Both the position numbers and the translations under genes were made by a program. A model generated the notes under the pieces. The model searched no databases. It saw only the letters and a list, made by a program, of their open reading frames with translations, and was not told the DNA's origin. Shown piece after piece: positions 1 through 7,462 of a stretch of 32,849 nucleotides of DNA. The stretch is from sequence record DRR378314_1877; one strand, written 5' to 3'. Each line of letters opens with the position of its first letter. The first letter of the stretch is position 1.

Positions 1-63
1 TTACAATTTTCAGTGCGTCTTACTGACTTCCCAAAATTGAGTTTCACTAATAAATATAACAAT

Positions 64-92
64 ATTCCCCTTCACAGCTTTGGAGGGGGAAT
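64..92. terminator. Possible intrinsic terminator hairpin downstream of the left-end minus-strand operon
   Basis: ATTCCCC (64-70) pairs with GGGGAAT (86-92), extendable by wobble pairs. It lies about 150 nt past the Rid stop, and the T tail is imperfect. Confidence 0.35.
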
Positions 93-241
93 TCATTTTC
101 ATTCATAGTTGGTTGGTTGGTTACAAAAGGAATATCGCTTTTCGGCTCCTACATGGAAATCCAACGGCTGTTGACCAGCGTCCTCGGCGGTTTACTTTTT
201 GATGGTAGAAAGGAAGGTATATATAATATTTGGCATCAAAT

Positions 242-823
242 TCAATCTGGCATTACCTCCACTATCATTTCGATCTCCACGGCTATATTCCCAGGAAGGG
301 ACCCCATACCCACTGCAGCGCGGGCATGTTTACCCCTATCTCCAAATACGGCCACCATTAAATCTGAATATCCATTGATCACCTTGGGATGATCAGGAAA
401 ATCCGGTCCTGCATTTACCATACCCAAAACCTTGACCACCCTTACTACCTTATTTAAATTTCCCAATTCCGATTTTAAGACCGATAATTGATTAATCCCC
501 GTAATTCGTGCGGCCTCATAACCCTCCTCTATCGTTAAATCTGTCCCGACCTTGCCCTCTATATTTTCGCCATTGGCTTGCAAAGGGCCTTTTCCAGAGA
601 GAAAGATGAGATTTCCAGAGCGAACGGCATTTACATAATTGGCTACAGGAGCACTGGCTTCCATTAAGGTTATGCCCAGTTCCTTAAGTTTTTCCTCTGG
701 ATTGTAATCGGCCGGAATCGTTGGGGTTTCAATATTAACTGCCGCCTCCACATCTTCTTTTTTTGTATTGCAGGACATGGTTATAAAGGCTATTAATGGG
801 ACTAAAAAAAACTTAAAATTCAT
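242..823 (-). CDS. RidA/YjgF/YER057c/UK114 family protein (Rid1-like) with a lipoprotein signal peptide
   Basis: Motifs PVANYVNAVRSGNLIFLSGKGP, INGYSDL, GKHARAAVG (catalytic Arg) and AVEIEMIVE. The N-terminus MNFKFFLVPLIAFITMSC is an SPII lipobox. Confidence 0.9.
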   Translation of the reverse strand: MNFKFFLVPLIAFITMSCNTKKEDVEAAVNIETPTIPADYNPEEKLKELGITLMEASAPVANYVNAVRSGNLIFLSGKGPLQANGENIEGKVGTDLTIEEGYEAARITGINQLSVLKSELGNLNKVVRVVKVLGMVNAGPDFPDHPKVINGYSDLMVAVFGDRGKHARAAVGMGSLPGNIAVEIEMIVEVMPD

Positions 824-860
824 ACGCTTGCTTTTAAAACTAATTTCTATTAATTACTAA

Positions 861-2075
861 TTACACATTTTCCAACACTTCCTTTATGCGTTTGGCGACT
901 ATTCTTTCCTGACCCGGATCCATCATCCAAGTAGTTATGCCTATAGTTTCCTTGTCGCCCACAGTGGCTATGGCAGGGTGACCTTCCATTAACTTTTTCC
1001 TGGCTTCCTCTGGACTAATCTTAACCAAATTGCTATCCCATTTAATACGTAGGGAAGGAACGTGGTTGGCATAAGGTGGTACATGTATTTCTGTCTGCAC
1101 CCCTTTTACGGATAAGGCACTGTCGCTAATTAATTTGATTTGATTTTCCCATAGCTCCCATTCCTTTTCATGATCTTTGGCCAAATACATTTCCAGGGCC
1201 ACCAGCATCCCCAAAACCTCTTCCTTGTTTACTTTCATCCCCCTACCAATTGTGCTTCCACGTGGTGGAGTATGTATCCTAGCCGCTTTGATGAGATCCC
1301 TTTTGCCCAATAACAATCCAGCACTTTGAGGTCCTCTAATTCCTTTTCCTCCTGAAAATGCCACTAAATCGAACCCCATCTTGGTAAACTTGAATAAGTT
1401 CTCCACTGGGGGTACGTCCGCGGCACAATCTATAAAAGTCGGAATACTGTGTTTTTTCCCAATAGCTAAAAATTCATCATATTTAATCTCACCATTGTCC
1501 GTATTGGCATTTAAAAACCAGAGCATTGCCGTGTTTTTATTAATGGCCTTCTCCATCTCCTTGGCTGTTTTTACCACCACTAGTTTGGCACCAACATTTA
1601 AAAGGGCATGGGTATAACCAATATTATGGCCTTCCTGAATTATTACTTCGTGCTTTAGTCCGGTAGTATCAGGAAGTTGGGCAGCTATTTCGGAATCCAT
1701 TCCAGAAATTACCCCTGCAAGCCCAATGGACATGGCCCCGAAGGCACCAGAAGAAACAGTGGCATATTCGCACTCTAACAATTCTGCAATTCGTTCACCA
1801 ACCTTGTCCTGAAGGTCATCCAAATCTACATATTCCGTAGCCCCAAAAACAATTGCCGAAGTAACCTCTTCGGACATTAGAGAACCGGTCATAGATGTAT
1901 AGGTTCCCGCTGCATTGATAAATGTTCGTATACCCAGCTCCTTGAAAAAATTTCGTTTTGCCGGTTGGGTTACTGCAGCACCAAGTAATTGTGGCGTTAA
2001 AAGTCCAGTACCTACCAATCCGCCCACCACAGGAACACTGGATAAGGTTTTCAATAATTTTCTCCTACTAAGCAT
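861..2075 (-). CDS. SelA-like/DgaE-family PLP-dependent enzyme (putative ammonia-lyase) with a Tat signal
   Basis: Motifs INAAGTYTSMTGS, IDCAAD, FSGGKGIRGPQSAG (PLP lysine) and IGRGMKVNKEE. The N-terminus has SRRKLLK followed by a hydrophobic stretch. Confidence 0.85.
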   Translation of the reverse strand: MLSRRKLLKTLSSVPVVGGLVGTGLLTPQLLGAAVTQPAKRNFFKELGIRTFINAAGTYTSMTGSLMSEEVTSAIVFGATEYVDLDDLQDKVGERIAELLECEYATVSSGAFGAMSIGLAGVISGMDSEIAAQLPDTTGLKHEVIIQEGHNIGYTHALLNVGAKLVVVKTAKEMEKAINKNTAMLWFLNANTDNGEIKYDEFLAIGKKHSIPTFIDCAADVPPVENLFKFTKMGFDLVAFSGGKGIRGPQSAGLLLGKRDLIKAARIHTPPRGSTIGRGMKVNKEEVLGMLVALEMYLAKDHEKEWELWENQIKLISDSALSVKGVQTEIHVPPYANHVPSLRIKWDSNLVKISPEEARKKLMEGHPAIATVGDKETIGITTWMMDPGQERIVAKRIKEVLENV

Positions 2076-2135
2076 AATTCATATTTTATAGATTAATCAA
2101 ATTCATTTCCTGTAAGCAATTGCCTTTAAACAGGT

Positions 2136-3389
2136 TTACTTCGCATTCCATATAGGCCTGGAAATACCATTAAGATCCCAGACCACATCTCCCTCCCTTA
2201 GGGTTAGCTCGCATTCCAATTTTTGATCGCCCAACATTTTTTTCCCCTGCGTATCAATAAACCCAAAGTTCCCCTTTCTAAGATTTAGAATTGTTAGGTC
2301 CGCCACGGCCCCAACCGTAAGGTGTCCCAAATCCGTGCGTTTAATATATTGGGCAGGATTCCAAGTCGCACACTCGATTACCTGTTTTGGGGTCAACCCC
2401 ATATTGATGAACTTCGACATAATATTGAGCATATCCTTCATTCCCCCGTTCATACTTCCCGTATGCAGATCCGTGCTTATGGAATTAGGTAAAAAACCCT
2501 GTTTTATGGCCGGAATGGCTTGCGCAAATACAAAGCTGCCACCGCCATGGCCTACATCAAAAATAATCCCACGTTTTTGGGCGTCAAAGACATACTTGCT
2601 TACCTTCCCATTTTCATCCACCACAGGAGTTCTTCCTTTTACATGGGCATAGGCATGGGTAAAGATGTCCCCAGGACGAAGCTTTTCCATAAGCAATGTT
2701 TCTAGGGACAACTCGGGTTCACTACCTCCAAAATCGATCATAACTGGGATATCGGCCATGGTACCCGCTGAAACCACCCTATTTACGGGTTCCCAATCAA
2801 AACCGCTATAATGGGCCAATTTTACCCCTACTATTGTTCCCTTGTGCTGTGAGGCAACATAAGCCGTCATTTTAGGGTTCATATCCTCTATATTTTGCTC
2901 AATGGCACCTCCCTTCATGCCCGACCCTATAATGTTCAAGAAGGACAATACCCTTGTTTTGGATTTATCGATCGTCTGTGCCTTGAACGTTTTAAAATTC
3001 TTCCATCCTGCTCCACCTACATCCACAATAGTGGTGACCCCACTTCTAAAGGTAAATCCATCAGGGGGCAAGGCACTAAAACTATTACTTAAGTACGCAT
3101 CCTCCTCGGTCCCAAAAAAATTGTGCCCATGAATATCAAGAAGTCCGGGAGCCACTATTAACCCCTTTGCATCTATCACCGTTTTGGCCTGGTTTTCTGG
3201 AATTTTGGAATCGACTTTTGCGATTTTGCCATCCTTTATGGCTACATCCATAACTTGGTCCAAATTATTTTTTGTGTCGACCACATGCCCACCCTTAATT
3301 AAAATGTCGTAGTCCTGTGCGCTCAAGGAAATAGTTGCCGCAAGCAATAGAATAATAACCCAAATCCGATTTTTTAGTATATTTTTCAT
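2136..3389 (-). CDS. Amidohydrolase/deacetylase family metallohydrolase (COG3964, dihydroorotase-like), Sec-exported
   Basis: Motifs PGLLDIHGH (HxH), SGVTTIVDVG, VGVKL (carboxylated Lys position), THAY, FDVGHGGGSF and ISTDLH. The signal peptide ends in ISLSA-Q. Confidence 0.85.
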   Translation of the reverse strand: MKNILKNRIWVIILLLAATISLSAQDYDILIKGGHVVDTKNNLDQVMDVAIKDGKIAKVDSKIPENQAKTVIDAKGLIVAPGLLDIHGHNFFGTEEDAYLSNSFSALPPDGFTFRSGVTTIVDVGGAGWKNFKTFKAQTIDKSKTRVLSFLNIIGSGMKGGAIEQNIEDMNPKMTAYVASQHKGTIVGVKLAHYSGFDWEPVNRVVSAGTMADIPVMIDFGGSEPELSLETLLMEKLRPGDIFTHAYAHVKGRTPVVDENGKVSKYVFDAQKRGIIFDVGHGGGSFVFAQAIPAIKQGFLPNSISTDLHTGSMNGGMKDMLNIMSKFINMGLTPKQVIECATWNPAQYIKRTDLGHLTVGAVADLTILNLRKGNFGFIDTQGKKMLGDQKLECELTLREGDVVWDLNGISRPIWNAK

Positions 3390-3432
3390 TTTTTAAAAAT
3401 ATTAGTTGATATAAACACCTCGCATATAAATT

Positions 3433-5151
3433 CTATAAACTGCTTCTTAGCTTCTTTACTTCTTCTGCTTTTATCTCCCCGGCATCATTCCCAAAATTGG
3501 TCCTGATGTAGGTCAGGACATCGGCCACTTCTTCATCACTCAAAAAACTATGTTGTGGCATTACCCCATTGTAGACCGCCCCGTTCACCTCCATGGAACC
3601 TTCCATTCCATTTAAAATAATATTGATCAATCTCTCTTTGTCACCAATTACCCATTCCGTTCCATTCAAAGGTGGAAATCTACCCGTGGCACCTCTACCA
3701 TCCTGTTGATGACAGGTACTGCAATAAGTATAATAAATCTTTTCACCTCCCGTAAATTCTCCCGCCATAAGATTATCCTTGGTTTCTTCCGGCGTTCTAA
3801 TGTGGGCCAATAGCTTTCTTTTTTCCATTTCCACTAATTGTTCCCTGCCAAAATTATTTTTGTCACCCTCAAAAACTATCTTCCATATCCTTCCCTTTAC
3901 TGAATCGGAAATGTACATACTGTCGTCGGGTCCAAACGCAATACCCATAGGCCTATACTCCGCATCTTTAACACTTACGATGGGATCTACCCCAGCAAAA
4001 CCATCGGCAAAAACTTCCCAATCCCCGGAAGGCTTTCCGTCCTTAAAAGGAACAAATCCAACAAAATACCCGGATTGTGGGTAAGGTGCTCTGTTGGTTG
4101 ATCCATGAAAAGCTATAAATGCCCCATTTTTATACCGCTCTGGGAGCTTATCCCCATCATAAAAAACCAAATCGTTTGGTGCCCAGTGTCCAGGAAAGCC
4201 CATTATAGGGTCATCAAATTCCTGACATCTCCCAATTATGTTTCCGTCGCCCCCATATTCAGGAGCAAGCACCTTTTTCTCCTGCATTTGGTCATAATAA
4301 CAATAGGGCCATCCAAAATTTGAACCTTCAGTAACTCTTATAAATTCTTCAGAAGGGAGCAAGGCACTTTCCCAACCGGAATAGATATTTGGAAATAATC
4401 TCAGCAAATCATCCCGTCCGTGCATTACAATATACAGATTTTCATCCTTAGAATTCCAATCCATTGCCACAACACTGCGTATCCCAGAGGCATATTTGTA
4501 ACCATCCTTTTGGGTCTGTCCCAGTTTGTTGGCATCAAAACGCCAGACACCGCCATGGTCCTCCAATTGTGGACATGGATCCATTCCCGGGGCTCCCGGA
4601 GTTCTTTTAGGGTTTTGACATGCATTGGAAGGGGCTCCAAAAGGAACATACATATTGCCTTTATTATCGAAAGCAATGGGCTTGCCTATATGTTCGTGCT
4701 TTCCATGTTCATGGTCATCGGTCATGACTATTTCCATTTCCCCTTCAGGTATTAAAGTTCCCGGTTTTAATTTATACCGATAAATAACCAGTTCAGAACT
4801 AAAATATAAATAGCCATTATAGATTCTCATCGCCGTAGAATAACTCCATTTTTGAAGCGTACGGTACGCCCCAAATTTTTCTATTACCTCGGCCCTGCCA
4901 TCATTATTTTTATCTTGAAGTGCAACTATGCCCCCTTTTTCATTGGAGTTTCTAAGTTTGCCGTACAATATACCATCGTCCGTCATAGCCATATGCCGAA
5001 CCCTTTCCTCTATACTATCCACGACCACCACCGCCTTAAAACCTTCAGGTAAAAATAGGCCTCCGTTAGTTGGTTGTGGCTCACATTGGACCAATAAGAA
5101 TACCGGGGCAATACAAAAAATTAGTTTTTTGAAATACGGGGAAATAGGCAT
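3433..5151 (-). CDS. PQQ-dependent sugar/sorbosone dehydrogenase-like beta-propeller fused to a C-terminal class I cytochrome c; probable lipoprotein
   Basis: Propeller motifs GIRSVVAMDW, HGRD, FGWPYCY, FPGHWAPND, AFHGS and RPMGIA. Heme motif CSTCH with a distal MP. ATG 5151 gives MPISPYFKKLIFCIAPVFLLVQC (lipobox) and is preferred over the ORF-track start at 5214. Confidence 0.85.
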   Translation of the reverse strand: MPISPYFKKLIFCIAPVFLLVQCEPQPTNGGLFLPEGFKAVVVVDSIEERVRHMAMTDDGILYGKLRNSNEKGGIVALQDKNNDGRAEVIEKFGAYRTLQKWSYSTAMRIYNGYLYFSSELVIYRYKLKPGTLIPEGEMEIVMTDDHEHGKHEHIGKPIAFDNKGNMYVPFGAPSNACQNPKRTPGAPGMDPCPQLEDHGGVWRFDANKLGQTQKDGYKYASGIRSVVAMDWNSKDENLYIVMHGRDDLLRLFPNIYSGWESALLPSEEFIRVTEGSNFGWPYCYYDQMQEKKVLAPEYGGDGNIIGRCQEFDDPIMGFPGHWAPNDLVFYDGDKLPERYKNGAFIAFHGSTNRAPYPQSGYFVGFVPFKDGKPSGDWEVFADGFAGVDPIVSVKDAEYRPMGIAFGPDDSMYISDSVKGRIWKIVFEGDKNNFGREQLVEMEKRKLLAHIRTPEETKDNLMAGEFTGGEKIYYTYCSTCHQQDGRGATGRFPPLNGTEWVIGDKERLINIILNGMEGSMEVNGAVYNGVMPQHSFLSDEEVADVLTYIRTNFGNDAGEIKAEEVKKLRSSL

Positions 5152-5487
5152 TGATTGTATATTTAATAAACCTGTGATTGACTCTCCATCATGGGCAATT
5201 TTCACCAAAACCAATTATTCCCCAAGTATGATTTGGACTGGAATTGTTGTATTACCCGATAATAATATATTCAGCCTGCATGTAATTCCTGCCTTAAACT
5301 TTATAAGATGTGTACGAACACATCTTAAATTTAATAATACTTTGGAAAACCTACCTATTTTATTACCAATATTTAACAATTAAATTGTCCAATTGAAATA
5401 AAAGTGCGATTTCTATTGAAGGATTACAAAAAATATCCCTTTAAAATATCTTGTTCCTGAAATGACTTGGAATTACCCTGTTATTGT

Positions 5488-6216
5488 TTATTGAAAAATC
5501 AGTTTGCCAAAAAATTCGGGTCTGTGATAATCGGGCTTTTCGGTTCCAACCGGATTCCAGGTCAAATAATGGCGTTGGGAAGTAGCATCGCCACATTTAT
5601 AAAAATTTGCAGTGCTCTTTAAGCCCTTTAATTTAATTTCAGGATTATGGGTGAGGATCTCAGCAGGTATTATTATGGTCATTTCCCAAGAAAAATCGCC
5701 CGTCCTTTCCGTAAAAGTTTGAGATCCCAGGGAGCTTTGTACCTCAATCAAATTCTTTATAGTATTTGGGTCAACAAATTGACGCTGACCTCTTCCTGCT
5801 CCATAAGCCAAATGGACGGTGCCTATACAATTGAATTCAAAATTATAATAATCCCCATTCCCTAGAGGGTCAAAAAAAAATTCCACACAACTATCGCGGG
5901 CCACAGGACCATTGGTTTCCCCAACACTGGCTAGAATGTTTTTTTCCTTAACGTAATATTTTATCCAAATAGCATTGTTGCTATGTGCTATCCTAAATGC
6001 TACACTTGGCCGATAAGAGAATTGATCCCAATTTATTAAGTCGATTGCCTGCAGTTCAGCATGCTCTTCCAAGAGTCGGGATACCTGTTCCAAACCAGCT
6101 TGTCCTTTAAATTCTATTTCTTTGACCTTTAGCATTTTCTCCTGACTTTGTATTTCAGATTTGCAAGACATCATTATCCCGCATAGGCACAAAATAAAAA
6201 ATTTCCTTTTACACAT
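5488..6216 (-). CDS. Carbohydrate-binding family 9-like (DOMON-like) lipoprotein
   Basis: Motifs DSCVEFFFDP, YYNFEFNCIG, ANFYKCGD and PDYHRPEFFG typical of CBM9-like proteins. Probable ATG 6216 gives MCKRKFFILCLCGIMMSC (lipobox); the ORF is open to 6240. Confidence 0.8.
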   Translation of the reverse strand: MCKRKFFILCLCGIMMSCKSEIQSQEKMLKVKEIEFKGQAGLEQVSRLLEEHAELQAIDLINWDQFSYRPSVAFRIAHSNNAIWIKYYVKEKNILASVGETNGPVARDSCVEFFFDPLGNGDYYNFEFNCIGTVHLAYGAGRGQRQFVDPNTIKNLIEVQSSLGSQTFTERTGDFSWEMTIIIPAEILTHNPEIKLKGLKSTANFYKCGDATSQRHYLTWNPVGTEKPDYHRPEFFGKLIFQ

Positions 6217-6318
6217 ATGGCAAATCTTATAATAGTACAAATTAGCTAAAATTTGTCATCCACACTTCATGAAGCCAGAATTATGAACATAGGAATAAAC
6301 AAACCTTATAAAGGCACA

Positions 6319-7338
6319 TTACTCCCCACTTAGTAGACTACTCAAAATTTCATAGGACTTTAAACGGTCCTGATGATCAAAAATGTGGGATACCGCCATT
6401 ATTTCATTGACCCGGGTTGCTTCAATAAAATCGGTAAGCTGTGCCTTTATAGTTTCTCTTGATCCTACAAAACTATAGTGCATCATTTGTTGTATTTGGG
6501 CTTTTTCCATCCCCTGCCAAATACCATCCATACTCTCTACTGGCGGTGGCAAAGGCCTTCTTGTATTCCTTATAATTCCTAGGGCCAATTGTTGAAGGCT
6601 GGTCTCCAAGAATCTGGCCTTTTCGTCCGTTTCAGCAGCAATCACATTTACACAGGCAATAGTATAGGGAGCCTTACATTGTAGTGAAGCCTCAAAATTT
6701 TGATAGTAAAGCCTAAGGGCCTCGTGCAAATGGGTTGGTGCAAAATGACTCGCAAAAGCATATGGCAATCCCTTTGCACCCGCCAATTGAGCACTAAAGG
6801 TGCTTGAACCTAGTAAATATATTGGAATCTCCAGGCCTTCTCCAGGAATGGCCCGCACCGCTGCATGACTGTTTTCTTTAGAAAAATAGGTCTGTAAGGC
6901 CACTATATCCCTTGGAAAATCATGAACAGTTTCCGTTCGATCCCTCCTTAAGGCTTTTGCCGTTAGTTGATCGGTTCCCGGAGCTCTTCCCAAACCCAGG
7001 TCCACTCTCCCTGGATAAAGTGTCTCCAAGGTGCCAAATTGTTCCGCCACAATTAAAGGGGCATGATTGGGCAACATAACTCCTCCAGAGCCTACCCTAA
7101 TTGTCTTGGTACCTTGGGCAATATGTCCTATTAAAATTGGTGTGGCAGAACTCACCAAGCTTTCCATATTGTGATGCTCGGAAATCCAAAACCGCTCAAA
7201 ACCCAAATTTTCCACATGTTGAGCCAATTCCAAGCTTTTCTGTATGGATTGCAGTGCTGTTGACCCCTCGGCTACAGGCACCAAATCCAATACAGAGAGT
7301 TTTATGTTTCCTATGTTCTTGCCGTTATTTTGCACCAT
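6319..7338 (-). CDS. LLM-class flavin-dependent oxidoreductase (luciferase-like monooxygenase, YhbW-type)
   Basis: Motifs LSVLDL, FWISEHH, RVGSGGVMLPNHAP, LGLGRAPGTD, LLGSS and FASHF. Confidence 0.9.
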   Translation of the reverse strand: MVQNNGKNIGNIKLSVLDLVPVAEGSTALQSIQKSLELAQHVENLGFERFWISEHHNMESLVSSATPILIGHIAQGTKTIRVGSGGVMLPNHAPLIVAEQFGTLETLYPGRVDLGLGRAPGTDQLTAKALRRDRTETVHDFPRDIVALQTYFSKENSHAAVRAIPGEGLEIPIYLLGSSTFSAQLAGAKGLPYAFASHFAPTHLHEALRLYYQNFEASLQCKAPYTIACVNVIAAETDEKARFLETSLQQLALGIIRNTRRPLPPPVESMDGIWQGMEKAQIQQMMHYSFVGSRETIKAQLTDFIEATRVNEIMAVSHIFDHQDRLKSYEILSSLLSGE

Positions 7339-7462
7339 TTTCCAGATATTTTTAAGTGAATTGGAAAAGTTTAGTCGAACAGGATTATCATTCCTTAAAA
7401 CGAAACAAATTTATGAAGTTTACCATCCAAAAAAACGAACAAATTACCCTTGAGAAGCAAAA

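Noticed and set aside
108-122. (GTTG)n short tandem repeat as a phase-variation tract
   Set aside because: Only about three units, intergenic and downstream of the operon. AACC runs are common in flavobacterial UTRs.
117-392. Plus-strand 91-aa ORF, representative of the many antisense ORFs in the track (e.g. 4928-5383, 12585-13070, 15628-16164)
   Set aside because: These are shadows of well-supported genes on the opposite strand and carry no recognisable motifs.
861-2075. selA (selenocysteine synthase)
   Set aside because: It has a Tat signal, DgaE-like motifs and context, and no selB/selC/selD nearby.
2136-3389. pyrC (dihydroorotase)
   Set aside because: It has a signal peptide and COG3964-type motifs, and the HxH is not followed by the substrate-binding Arg (HLR) of dihydroorotases.
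7397-7446. Near-direct repeat AAAACGAA(A)CAAATT upstream of the LLM gene
   Set aside because: Low complexity with only two imperfect copies. One contains a TAAATTTG -7-like element but lacks a well-spaced -33.
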